This document shows, piece after piece, positions 14,185 to 27,200 of a DNA stretch of 64,000 nt. This stretch comes from Phoronis australis (taxonomy: Eukaryota; Animalia; Phoronida): assembly GCA_002633005.1 (NCBI GenBank), contig NMRA01000213.1, positions 331,741 through 395,740 on the forward strand, given 5' to 3'. Below the pieces are notes generated by a model, which did not search any database, was not told the origin of the DNA, and saw only the letters and a list, made by a program, of their open reading frames with translations. The position numbers and the translations under genes were made by a program. How positions within the stretch are numbered: position 1 is the first letter of the stretch; each line of letters begins with the position of its first letter.

Positions 14185-14780
14185 ATATAGCGACATCTTT
14201 CGGCGGTAAAACATCCACCATTGTCAAGCTTTATTCAGAGAATGGATGCCAGGATGGCTACAAGTACAATACACAGAAAAGTAGTCCAGAACACGGAAAA
14301 ATATCAGAAAAGAATTGGCTAGCAATCAGCCAATCACAACTCCTGGTAACAGTGTCAAAGACTCTTGGGAAACCTGTACATTGAGTGAGGGCGTTTTCGA
14401 ACTCTGAATTAGAATGGCTTCTCTCAGTTTCAAACAATATTGATTAATATCGCTGTCAATAATCGTAAAGCTGTGTTCCTCAGCGGCCTCTATACGAGGA
14501 ACACCTAGTAAGCGATAAGAATTCACATGTGTTTAGAAACTTGGAAAACAATGCTGCTTGTCGCTACATTTTAGAAAATGATGTTGCAACTGTCTTCATT
14601 CAAACTTTACTTGACGTTGTCAGTGTAAGATCTTTCGTTTAAAAGATTTTTTGACGAGCTTCGTGTTCCATGCCTCTTTAATTTAAAAATTCATCCAGAT
14701 CTGAACAGAAAATATTGTAAAACTGGACGGTACAACTGTCGGGACTGAGGATTTTTCTCATTTTTGAGAACAAATAGAAT
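14185..14780 (-). mobile_element. Penelope-like GIY-YIG 3' relic(s)
   Basis: Reads HSFTIIDSDINQYCLKLREAILIQSSKTPSLNVQV on the minus strand, with a second IKEAWNTKLVK-like fragment at about 14640..14690. A degenerate CTTGACAA...GAAA-GATGTC motif lies at 14188..14232. Confidence 0.6.
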
Positions 14781-17700
14781 ATCATCATGAGTAATAGTTT
14801 CTTCTGTTGCATATTTTATATTATCTTCAAGTTTTGGTGAATCGAATTTGATTGAAGTATATTTAAGTCATTTTTAGAGACCTGAACATCCTTTAGACCC
14901 CGGGCCATCAAGAAGAGAAAACTATTAGCCATTCAATTACATAAACCCTGATATACTCGAGTACAAAATGATAAGCTGTATTGGTACTTAAGTAGAACAG
15001 TAAACGTAAGATTTGATTTCGAGTTGAGTAAAAGACACACCTCGGTTATTTTATCAACACCTACTGTACCACCTGCATCCCTTTCTTACACCGCCTTCGT
15101 ATAACACAGCACGTCGCTGTGTTTTTTTTAATGTTTATTACGAAATCTTCAGAATACAATGAATGTACATAACCCAGAAAGCGCCAAGAGGCATTAGATC
15201 TGGGTAAAAAATACAAAGAAGTCTATATACAATGATTATATACGAATACATAAATAAAAAAACTGATGTTAAGAATATAATGATATATGACAACGAATGA
15301 ATATAATTCATTTTCATACAGATGTCCCTGTGGTTGTCGTAGATTACAAGAAAATTTACGTTTCACTTCATATTTGCATGCATGTTTTACATTTCACGTT
15401 TTAGACGTAACATTTTAGTGGCTACTGTGTAATGTATCAACAGTTCACTAGTCATGCACTCCATTGTATTGGTGCCTTCATAGATGTACTACAGTATATG
15501 GTGCCATGAGCTTAACATTTTTAAAGCAAGCCGTTTAATTGAAATGTTGATATTCATACATAGATTTCTTCTTATTTTTGAAAAAAAAAATGTTTTTAAA
15601 GTGGCTTAGAACTCGAAAAATAGAACTAAATTGTGTTATTCAAAGTTGTTCTCTTCCACTGAAACAGAAGTCCAACCGTTAATCGGGTATTTTTACGGTT
15701 TGCTTGTAAAGATTTTGAATTTCTGTTGATGTCAAAGCGTTTTTGCCTTTGTTTCAAATTTCCAAAAAAACGATCTGTCACCTGCTCCTCACTTTTCGAT
15801 TTTTCTCCCACAGGGCAAAGCACGTCTCCTTATTTGGTATGACTAGACAGAGACGAGCACATATTCCTTATGTGGAAAATGTCGGTGACCTTTTGCATTT
15901 GATGTTAACAAAAGGTCATTATGCATACAATATATTTGCTTTCGTATTGAATATTATGTGATGCATCCGCGACACTATAATGAATTATAAATATAAATCA
16001 ACATTTCGAACCTCGTATTATATCTCGGTAAACAAAACACTCGGAAGAAAATTTCCGTGTGTAACAGGCTTATTTATTTTCATAGAAATTGCTGACCCTT
16101 CCATGTTCCTGAAATTTCCCATGTGGCACTGATTTTTCAGACATCGGCACTTACCAGTAACTCCCATTGGTGGACTTAAAAAGGTTCTCCTGTTCACTGA
16201 CTCTACTGGGCCGGTGTCTTATTTTCAATAAGAGTTTCTAATCATTTGCCCGTCTCAGTCGACTCATTTTTACCACCTGAAGCTGCTCAAAAATCAGAGT
16301 TGCACCAGGTTCTTGAATATAAGTCCTCGGTAAATCCCCGTGTACCGGGGGCGAGTTCTTGCATGTTGTCAATAGTAGGTCTGCTTCAACATTGTGCGCG
16401 GTGGTATTGATTTTGTGGACAGACGTGACACATTGACTTTTTACTCAAATTTCTGAGGTAAAATGGCGAAGTAGGACATGTACGCATGGTTGGGTATTCA
16501 AGACACGGTGTGAGTGTTTCATATAGACAGCCGTTAATTCTGAACATTTTAAGTGTATTAGAATGATTTGATTAGAGTAACGTTTATGACCCAAGAAAAA
16601 GCTTTAAAACATGACAACAGCAATTCCTCATAAGGTTGGTCGTTTATGTCCTAGAACTAGTGTCTCAAAATAACGCAGGAATTATTCTGAGAATTTTAAA
16701 AACTCGGCATGTTCCCGGCGAAGACGCCAAGCACATTTTTAAAACACTACATCTTTCTAAAATACAACTCATCTACCCGTAACCCGATATACATTTAGGA
16801 TAATCATATTGATAATGTTGTGGCATTTTGCGTGTAGTTTTTTCATTAAAATGGCTACTACAGCCCAGGTTAATGCCGTTGCTAAGACTTCACGCCCGTT
16901 ACCGCCACGTCTGTAAAGCAACTGTTTATTTATAATTGTTTAGAACTTAAATCTTTTCATCATATGTGTATTACGACCAAATAAATGGTAGTATTGTGTA
17001 TGAAGAAACTCACTCAGAATATGAAAAACAGCACATATTTTTCAATTGAACTACCATTTGTAAATGTCTATGACAGTTTCGGTTACGTCTATTACGCTAA
17101 TCAAAACTAATTTAAAGGTACCGAAAACGAGCAGAATCAAAAAACATTGATACTCCAAGGAAGTTATGTATGGTTACAATTTCTTGTAGCTGTGATAATT
17201 CAGTCAGTAAAGTTTATTACATGATCAATACCGTGTATGCTTCTAGTCGTGCAACATATGGAGAAGTTACAAATGTGTTCACTTGTTAGTAAATCATTGG
17301 TTGATGTCAAAGAAAATTTATGCCTTAATTCACACCACTTACTCTGGCTTGCAAGTGACCTCTGGGCTTTGGGAGAGTTCTTTGCATACCAATCATATGA
17401 AATCTTTGGTCACCTCGTGAGGTGAAATTTCATTTGCTTAGCAATAACGAGCCTACGGTGTATAAATATTTGTTCTAGTATATGTGTAAATACGGACATT
17501 CAATACGTCATGAAGCATACCGTGAAACACGAGAAAGTAGCGCCAATCAGTATACACCTGTACATGTACCCAAGGGTAGAGGACGTATTTCATGATTGGT
17601 GTGCAATCTCTTGGCGGAGTAAGTTTGGCAATTTTGATGGGGCTCATTCATTTGGGTTACCTAAAACATTGATCCAGTTTTACTGCTCTAAAGACTATAA

Positions 17701-18589
17701 ACATTTGTCGATGTAAATTCTGACGTAGGGCGATCCGCCAACTATTAGTTTTAATCTGAGTCCTCATAAATAGGTCAATTGCCTAGCGTGTCCAACAAAA
17801 GTCATTTTGAATCTATTTCAAATCAAACGAAAACGTTTTGTTATGGATGCGACCGAATATCGAGTAGGTGTTTTTCACTGACAGAATCGTCTGCTTTCAG
17901 ATTTCCTCTACTCTCCCTCGCTGGTAGCCTAAAACACGCTTTTTGCGATACAGTCCTTACCTCAAGTTCTTTAAACCAACACAGTTACACCCTTATTTTC
18001 CAATACCGTGACCAACACGGGAGAATATATGTGTTATAGTTTCCATTCCAGAAGCTAAGACACGAAAATAGACCTAAACTAAGAAATTCATCTGAGGTAA
18101 AACAACTCACGGCTCTTGGCTGCACAACTGTTCAGTTAATATTTCTATTTTTATATTCCCGGATGGATTATTTCTAAGTCACAACGCACGTTTAATATTA
18201 TTTAATGGCCTTGAATAATACAAAATTAAAATTCTACTAAATTTAAAACTTGACTAGTTAGACAACATCACGGATTCTAGGCTCCAAAGATTTTATAGTT
18301 ACTATATTGTATCTTTGCTAGGCTTGTCGCTTAACCGGCAGGCTTGGCTATGAGGTTACGTAACAGCGAGCCAAAGCACATGGCAACAAGATATCGCCGC
18401 GATGCAAATAAGTTCATTGGAACATGATATATACATTAAAAAATAAAATAATTGCTGGCGGTCTGGTACACGTTGTACCAGACGTGCGCAGGCCGCGCAT
18501 GTGTGGGCCCATTGCACTGATCATCTGGAAATATTTTTGTGCTTTGTTAATATATAGCTAAAACCGAGCTGGCTTAAGGGTCTAGCAGT

Positions 18590-18650
18590 GTTGCCCAGTG
18601 GGACTCGAACCCAAGAACGCGGACACCATCATACTAGGCCACGCTGCCTC
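18590..18650 (-). repeat. tRNA-derived SINE-like head
   Basis: Minus strand reads GGCAGCGTGGCCTAGT...GGGTTCGAGTCCCACTGGGC. A second B-box remnant lies at about 18836..18858. Confidence 0.5.
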
Positions 18651-20442
18651 CTCTTATATGCGACATTCCCAAAAGAAATGAATTACGTGTAGGATATGTC
18701 AGTATGTATGTGGGATAACCTATTTGCAAATCTTGAACCGGAATGGAAACATAAATAACATTTTTTAATCGGACCTTCACGCCAGCTGTTGGTCACATTA
18801 CGTGACCTAATGGACACCAGTCTGAAAGGATTTCAGGCCCAGTCAGGACTCGAACCCTTAAAATGTTTGTGAACGAGCTGACAGCTCTATTGAAATCTAT
18901 TGCAAACAAGGGCTTTCATTGACCCAGGCCAGTGATAAGGTCAAAATGAGTCACTCGTATTGGGACGAGAAATTCTGGAATCCATTTTAATGTTTAGCAG
19001 GCGAAACAAAATCATTTCGGCATGGAAATGCGGTTCAAAGTCATATTTTAGTGCAATGCTAGGTGTCGCAACTACAATGGTGCAGGTCGTGGGTGCAATT
19101 ACAAAATACAAATTCTAACGCTTCTTGATTTTGTAATCTGCTAGCATATATAGTTAGACGATGCCAGCTCTCAGTCCAAACTGTTAGGGATTCCTTGTTG
19201 CTATCACCGGGCAGATGTTCTTCGCTAACATTTATATTGAAAATTGACTGACGGAAAATTGCATACGCAGCCTTATTGTTTGCAAATGTCACAATCTGGG
19301 GTGTAAAGTTTATGTCCTATAAAAATGTTAAACAATGCAGTAACAGTGTTGAATGCATTCAGATGAACTGGCCACATTGATTTGAATCAAACTTTGATTT
19401 AATTACGACACCATTAAAGATGCTGTCTCATTAAAACCGTGAATATTTAAATTTGTACCAAGCGTCACGTAGTGACTTCCTGGAGAACTGTGTGTACAAG
19501 TACAATCAGGAATAGAAACAATATGTAAATAAATTGCGGTTTTGAAGAAAACTCCACAAGTGATGCTGTGCACTTAAAAGCAAGTGTGAGCATTTAGAAA
19601 ACCTTGCAATACTAAATATTACTCAATCGTTATTTGAAATAGGCCTATTACCACTCTCACTTACATAAAAATAGTCTCGCAAAACGAGACTTCCCCGAGT
19701 GTGTAATGGTAACTGGTTTCCGGGTGGTTTCCGGCGCACTGGAGTACCCAGGATTGTTTGTAAATTAGTACTTCGTTTGCATATTCACGATTTAATGAGA
19801 CTATGCATCGTTAGCATTTGAAAACAAATTTAATCTGTAGTAGCATCAGCATTACTCTCTTAGAATCATGGTTTGCCTTGGAAAGCTTTGCGCCCTTAGT
19901 AATCTGATTGTCCCAGACGCTGATGGCGGGAAAACGAAAGTCAGTTCACGTGTGTAGCATGGTTGTGTGATCACGTGTTTCTCTTATACTAAATTACGAT
20001 ATCTCGCGAAGTTTTATATGATATTTATTTAGTTTTTGGAAGATTGCCTTCTACAGAACCAAACTATTATTTGAAAAGTGGCAAACTTATGATATTGTGC
20101 GCCTGGAACCCTTTTGTTACATTTGTATAAGTATTAGTGCATTATTTAGGGGGACTTTTCAAAACCGTACGAAGATTATTTTGATACATAATTTTCGTTT
20201 CAAAGTAAAAAAAGTTGAAGAAAATGTTAGAATTTAGGACGCCTTCGGTCTCGCTGGGGCATTCCCAGATGATGAATTCTCGATGGGATATAGCAGTTGT
20301 ATTCCGATGTGTGTAACTTATGTACATCGTAATGTAGTACGGAAAATGACGAATGAGCGTGATGCCATTTGTGTTTGTACGCCCGCCCAATAAAGGTTTC
20401 ATGTGTCTGTGCAATTCTGTCGCACGTGTTCATGTGCCAGAT

Positions 20443-20621
20443 AATTGACCTATCGCAAGCTCCGCCCCCTTCCGCAATGTCGACAAACAAACAATAAGTT
20501 TTACCCGGTAACGTGTTGTTTGTCGGGTAAAATGGCGGCTTGGAAACGAAGGTGTGTCAGGAATGCTGCGTTCTGATTGGTCAGTTAAGCGGTCACTCAA
20601 AATCCTGGCGATAGGTCAATT
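20443..20621. mobile_element. About 180-bp MITE just upstream of GT7 coding exon 1
   Basis: 14-bp inverted repeat AATTGACCTATCGC / GCGATAGGTCAATT. Internal CCGCCCC, AAAATGGCGG and CTGATTGG motifs. Confidence 0.7.
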
Positions 20622-20979
20622 GTTATCGCCATGTCTATGCGTGTCATGGCTAAACAAAATAACAAAGTCAATGAAAAATATCTATTCAGCTTTAACTGGT
20701 CGATACAAGGAGAAAGTTTAGTGGGATTAATTTATCTAAGCCACTCTCGGTGATGTTTTGTGTATGTCACCGCGGTCACTCGTTTTCATGTATCTACTAA
20801 CTTTATTAGCCTCGGTTAAAAAGAGTAGTTTAACACACACTTGTAGTAACCAATACTCAGCTCCAGCCTCCGTTAAATAATAAGCGTTTTCCATTTCGGT
20901 CACGTGTGTTTTTGTTATGTAAGTCTATATGAAGCTACGTTTCACTGTCTATCTTTTCCATTTCAGCAAAGGATTTTCA

Positions 20980-21292
20980 ATGAAGCGTTTGTTCCGAAAT
21001 ATCTTCAAAGTATTTGCCGTTTTTTGTGTTTTCTGGATCTTATACGGAATCTTAGTGGTCAATCATAAACTTCAAGGTGGACATGTTAAGTTTACGGAAG
21101 TCGTTCTGCCAGAAACGACCAGGGATCTACCAGAAACGAGCACGATAACAGTTGTACCCGACACTACTCCTCAGACATTTCCTTTAGAAACTATTTTCGA
21201 ATGCAACCTACCTCCATCAAATGTGCAGAAAAATGCGTCACGTGACCGGAACCTGCCGATGTGTCCATGTGTACCGAGTAATCTCCGACCAT
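20980..21292 (+). CDS. GT7 gene coding exon 1 (cytoplasmic tail, TM helix, Thr-rich stem, CPCVPSNL)
   Basis: Acceptor tttcag ends at 20966 and ATG is at 20980. Reads MKRLFRN-IFKVFAVFCVFWILYGILVV (hydrophobic anchor). Donor gtgagt at 21293; phase 1 joins the next exon in frame. Confidence 0.85.
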
Positions 21293-24200
21293 GTGAGTAA
21301 CTGAAGTATATACATGTAGTTGTCTATTTGTTACCGAAAAGTGTTTCCCAAGATGAAGCTGTAGAAAGCATTTTAAACACTTTAAATGAAAAGTATTCGA
21401 ATCTGGTCTGGGAAGAATTGTTTCGAAGCCTGTATTCGAAATCTGAACTGTTCGATTTCTTGATATTTGGGATTTTTGGGGTGCTAACATCTGCCACAAA
21501 CATAAGGGAATCCAGCTCCCCATTCACAGTGTTTTACTGTCAATAACGCACCCACTCACCATCTCTTATCAGCTTCTTTTGCATTATCTCAAAAGTCGAT
21601 GAACATGAACGTGATATGATATCTTGTGCACGTACTCCAAGAGCGTTGCTAGGAATTTTTAAAATTTGCCACATGAAGGGCTGTTAAAAGTACGAATTGT
21701 TTTTAAAATTTGCCACGTGAAGGGCTACCAAAAATAGGACCTTTAATATTTTTATCAAAAATCTTATGATAATTTAGGAAGCTGTAACATAGTTTTTGAG
21801 GTTGTGTGCGTTAGTATGAAACAAACTTTGGTCACGTTATTGATAGGGTTGTTTTTTTTGTGGAAGTACTTTTCTTCACCTTGTTTGCCAAATCTACTTT
21901 CAGATGATATACATTTTTATAGAGTTAAAGTATATGTACATAGTTTTGAAGATATTTGGCTAAATACATGGACAAATCCATGAGGTTCAACATCAACTTA
22001 CAGTGTAAAACCAATCATGTCGTATTCTACAATTTGTGGGCCACGGCTGTATGCACAAAATGGTGGCATGTAACAGATGGGTTCAGGATACGGTACCGTG
22101 AAACACATGTGAACATTAAGGTGTCATATGGATACTTTAGGAAGACCACGTTCATTGCTAATGTGTAACATAGGGATGATTTTAGAAACATACATGTATG
22201 GGTATAGGTGAAATGACCCACGCGGTCTCCAGTCTATGGACCAATTTGGATGACCTACAGCACACATCACGAATTTTTGTCCGACCGGTCGGAAATTGGT
22301 CGACGACTTGTCGACGACCGGCCGTCTAGCCGACCAGCAGCCGACCAACAATGGTCTGCTAGGAGCTGTCTGCTGAGTCGCCTCTGCGGTCGGCACTTGG
22401 GTCGGCAAAGTGGTCGCCTAGAATAGACGAACAATTCGGATTATGCGTGTCCTTGGTCGGCAATTACCATTTTATGACTTAGAGGGTGAGCTTTGGCCAA
22501 ACAAACAATTAACTGTTCGTTCACCAGTGGCCTCTCCGGTTTGACATCGGTTTATCAAATTTTGTTCACCTATTGAAAGGTGGTAAAATCGAATCAAACT
22601 ACAAATACGAAATGCGTGAAATTGCACCAACGTAAACTTTATGTTGAATTGCTGACGGCGTGGTAAAATTAAAAGTTAAATGATGTCGTGGAAACTTAAT
22701 TTCGCACTCTGGATGTGAAAATTTTTGTGCATATTGTATGGAAACCAGCGAATTTGAAATGTGTCAGTAAATTTGCATACAGTACCAGGGCCGTAGGAAG
22801 CGGGGGAAGNGGGGGGGGGGGGAAGAGAGGGGGCACGGGCCCCCGCAAAATTTTTCAGGCGTCTGGGTTATACCGTGGCAACCCACATAGGCGTGGTGCC
22901 AGGGACAGTCGAGAAAATAAAGACTGCGAAAAACGGATAAAAGAGAAAATTCAAGAGAATATTTAACAAATCTGCATCAGTGCATGGTTTACCTTTTGAG
23001 AACCCAGGCCAGGACACTGTCGTTAGGGTCTTAGCTTTTGCAGTACAGATCGTTTAAACGCAAGAGAGAATTTGTAAAGCGAAGCTTTTGCAGAGCGTGC
23101 TAATTTAATGAATGTTTAGATTCAATCTGTCAATTTTGCGAATGCAAAACTATATTTTTCTAGAGGTCCCTCTTTGGTAAGGGATAACGGAGACATCTTT
23201 CGCTTTATTTTTTTTCTCGAAACTGTATATCACTTGAGAAAAATTGATGACCTGACAGATAACATCAATTGCTGCGCATTTCCTGATATTTGAACATACA
23301 GATATTTTCATATTTAGGGGCCTCTCCTTTGAAGGAGGCCATTGACGACATGCAAGTGGTCATCTTTTTGTGTTTTTATTAAGAAATTCTAACGGGGCCG
23401 CCCACGGTGAAATGGCCCAGTGTTAGAATCAACTACCTCTATTTTCGTTTTTTTGTGAAATCGTGCTTTCATGGTGGAGGATGTCACTCCCTGCATGGTT
23501 TTGGGACCACACGAGGGTGAAATGAACTGTCACGTTTTTCCTCTATATACATGTATATCTGCGCGTGCAGGACAAGTGTACACAGGCGCTATATCTGCGT
23601 GTGCACAACAGGTGTACACAGGTACTATGTCTGCGCGTGCACGACAGGTGTACACAATCAATTATGGTTGATAAAATTTATTACAAATGGTTTTTTAAAT
23701 AGATTAATTTCGACTATTTCTAAGAATGGCATGTTATAAGATGTTGATAAGAATTAATATTAACGAAAGGTGTAATATAAGATCTAAGTTTTTTCATCAG
23801 CCCTAGTAGGCTAATTTATACGAATTTTTTTTCACGGACCAAAAACGATCCGTAAACGATGATCAGACTGATATATGTGAACGATGATCAGTTTCATCAG
23901 AATTCATACCAACTAAAATGGAGGTGCAAGATTTTTACACAAGCATTACTTACATGTATTCTAAGTTCAGAAAATAAGATTAAGACAGTGAAGAAGACGA
24001 ACTTTTACGTACAAGTTCATTAAGATTGACGGTAAATATAAGCGACAAAACTAAGCCTTTGAACTAGCAAGGAGCAATGTATAATGCATACAGAAGTATG
24101 CAACAGTCAAGGCACGGACTTCTGTGAACATCCTGAGGGACTTAGGCCTACGTGTAGCCAGGATGGAGGGAGATTTGTCTCGTGCGGAACCCTCTCCGGA

Positions 24201-27200
24201 GAAGAGGAGAGAGAGGCGACACAATTCGTGATGATCGGCACTAAACATTTTAGCATCATAAATATTACATAGATTCATTCAAGTAAGTCAGGCAATTAAA
24301 ACGCATTTTAATTAATAATCCACTGGTGCCATCTGCCGCCCCGAAGTGTTATACCAGAGGGTTCGAGTTTAATCCCGTCCTGCAGCCATGATAATATTAC
24401 TACTTATAAATTTCTGTAATTACATCACGTTTCGTCTGTTATAATTGATAAATGTAAATTGAAACTTTAGAACGTTCTAGAAACCATGTGTAGTTAGTTG
24501 TTGCAACAAGAGGAGGGTTACATATATCAAAATTGACAAATATCCGTGGCGTTGGCGCTGTTGGATTTTGGAATTAAATGCTGAATGACGTCTATATGAA
24601 CATGTGTCTTAAAACGCTACGCAATGTTGCCACAAGTCAAACTTTAATAATTCTTCTAAAACTAATGATTGCCTAAAGGTATTTCAATAAACACAATATA
24701 CATTCATTGACTGGCCGTAAGTTTGGCGGGAAATGACGTGGTATGACAATGATAACTGGTACGGAACCGGTAACTCTCACCTTCATTTGATGCACACACT
24801 GACTGAATGCATCAACCAAACATGTTAATTTTTGAAAATGCCCTCAAAAATGGACTTTTTCAAAACACCGTGTTTGCCATAGTCGTGTAGAAAAGCGAAA
24901 TGAACCGTTATACACGCTGTTCAAAGCACTTCTGTGGACATAGGGAAACGAATCGTCTCTGTCTTACAACGCTGCATGTGCTTGGCATTTCTGACAAAGC
25001 GCTCTGATGCCGGAAGTTTTTTTAAGAGTAAGCACCGTCCCAAAAAAAATTTAGGTCTCGTTACAGCTGTCCAGAGAAGAATGATTCTGCGATTTTAGGA
25101 CTAAAACTGAACCAAATCTGGCGTGGTGACTCATTGGAGGGTGCAGAACTCGGGGAGAAGGAGGGGGGGGGGGGCAATACAAGCATGATATTTTTATTTT
25201 GGAGCCTTAGTTGCCAGATGACAGTCAGCGTCAGTTACTACCTAAGGAGGCCAGATCATGCGCTATAAACATTACCAGACGTTTTGCTTCTCAAAAAGTG
25301 TACCTTGGTGTATTTTCTTTCATTTCTTTCGACATCGCATTCGCTTTACCAAAGATTCACGCACAGATGCCGCGTATAGAGACAAATGCCTCCTCACCAC
25401 GTATTTGCATCTTCCCGTTCATAATTGTTTAATTTTATACAGTTTGTCAATATGTTGTTGTTGACAGAAAATATTTGTTTTTGTAACTACGTCAGCGACC
25501 AACTGATACATGTACTGTAACTACTAGAGCAAATTTTACCGTCACCAATGCATGAATGCGCAAAGCTAAAATTGGCAGTAGCCTCAACAATCGTCATTCC
25601 GTGTTTGATGTCACTGTCTAAGTACGTGGAAATCGTAATCATATGATCTCGAAGTTAGAGCCTTCCAAGTCCGTGGGCTTAGGACATAAAGTTATGTGTA
25701 TTTCGCGTCTTTGCTGCAAGGGTTAATACCGTGAAAATAAAATCTCCGGATCGAGTAAGAGCTCTTCGGTGCAACAACTCATTCACTATCCCATCATCAT
25801 GGGCACGTGATAGGAGACCCGTGAGGAATTTTAAAAACGCAAAAAGATGCAGTTCGGCGTAACACAAACAAAAAACAAGTGTGGGCGAAGACTGTAAAAA
25901 CAGCGTTTACAAAATGACTACGACGTATTGACTGGGAATCAGCCAATCTAATGCCATTTGTAAACGTCTGAGACAAAACATCAAATGTAAAGAAAACTTT
26001 AACGTTTTGTTATTCAAAACTTGTTCCATTGTCCTTAATCCAATGTTCAATAGTACCGCTTGCCTCCAACCATCGAATTAGTGGCGTCAATGAACACAAC
26101 CGATGTGAACTCATGTAATGGAAACACAGTAAAACTAGGTTAATTTTTTTGACCCTGTGCCGAGACGAATATGCATCTGCACGCAAAGCGGTATCAGCCT
26201 GACAACCTATTACGCAACTGCTACTCTAGCCTGAAAACAGCAGCCGACTAGCGGGTCGGCTGATGGCTAATCGGCAATTAATGGTCCGCTGTGGAGTCGG
26301 CAGGTGGGTCGCCTTATGAGTCGGCCGAATGCGGCCGGCTGCCGGTCGTCGACTCCTAGACGACCGCTCGGACAAAAATTCGTGATGTGTGCTGTGTAGG
26401 CCATGTTGATTTTTTGTCCGCTTTCGCTTCCAATTTTAATGGGCCCCTTGGTCAAAGTTAAGCACAATGCTCAATTGAAAATGTTTTGCAGCAATGATGC
26501 GAAACACGCACCTAAAATTATTCCTGCTACCAGATGAGTTCACAATACCAGATGGGTATAGGTCGATTGCCTACCAGATGGGCTCGAGCAAAACAACAAA
26601 ATAATCAACGTGAAGTATCCGATGGGTACGCTGCATGCTGCCAACTGTGCTCAAGTGTAATATTCAGTGCTGCATGTGCAAAAACTACTGCCGAGTCTTT
26701 CGGCACCCTGCGTGAGAAATACTATCGCTACTGTGGTGCATAGTCCAGATGCATGTAGGATGAATCAAGCGCTGTTGTGACTCTCTTATCTCTCCAACGG
26801 AGCCGCAACCGGGGCGGTGGGTCAACTGACTGGCAGCGGACTTGGTCTCGCATTTCCGTTGGTACACCAAGAATCATTACTCTCCAGTTGTTTCACCCTT
26901 ACATAGTGGCGCGTATGGAAGCGGTTCCGCTCCAGCAACAACAACAACAACAACAACAACGACCGGCAACAGACGTTTCCCATACGGGTAGGGAGGGTGG
27001 AGCAAAACGGGGGCGCAGCACGAAAGACTCCCTTTTTATTTTCCATCCTAAAGGTTGATAACTCTACATAGCTTTCACTCTTGATGTCTGTCAAACCCAA
27101 AATACAATAGAATTATGTAAGAACGTCACAAGTCTACAAATACGGTGAAACGTTGAACAAGATGCCATTGATGTCTTATTAGATGAATGACGGTTATGTA

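Noticed and set aside
20929-20979. Upstream ATG extending exon 1 (MKLRFTVYLF...)
   Set aside because: It overlaps a polypyrimidine tract and AG acceptor. ATG 20980 gives a typical short cytoplasmic tail. Not fully excluded without transcripts.
21328-21546. 72-aa ORF right after exon 1
   Set aside because: It lies past the GTGAGT donor, has no GT7 similarity and is not needed for the spliced frame.
23554-23656. 36-bp repeat as a CRISPR repeat
   Set aside because: Units are directly adjacent with no spacers, so it is a minisatellite.
26777-27058. PolyQ-containing 93-aa ORF
   Set aside because: The Q run is an intronic (CAA)n microsatellite; no domain or splice support.
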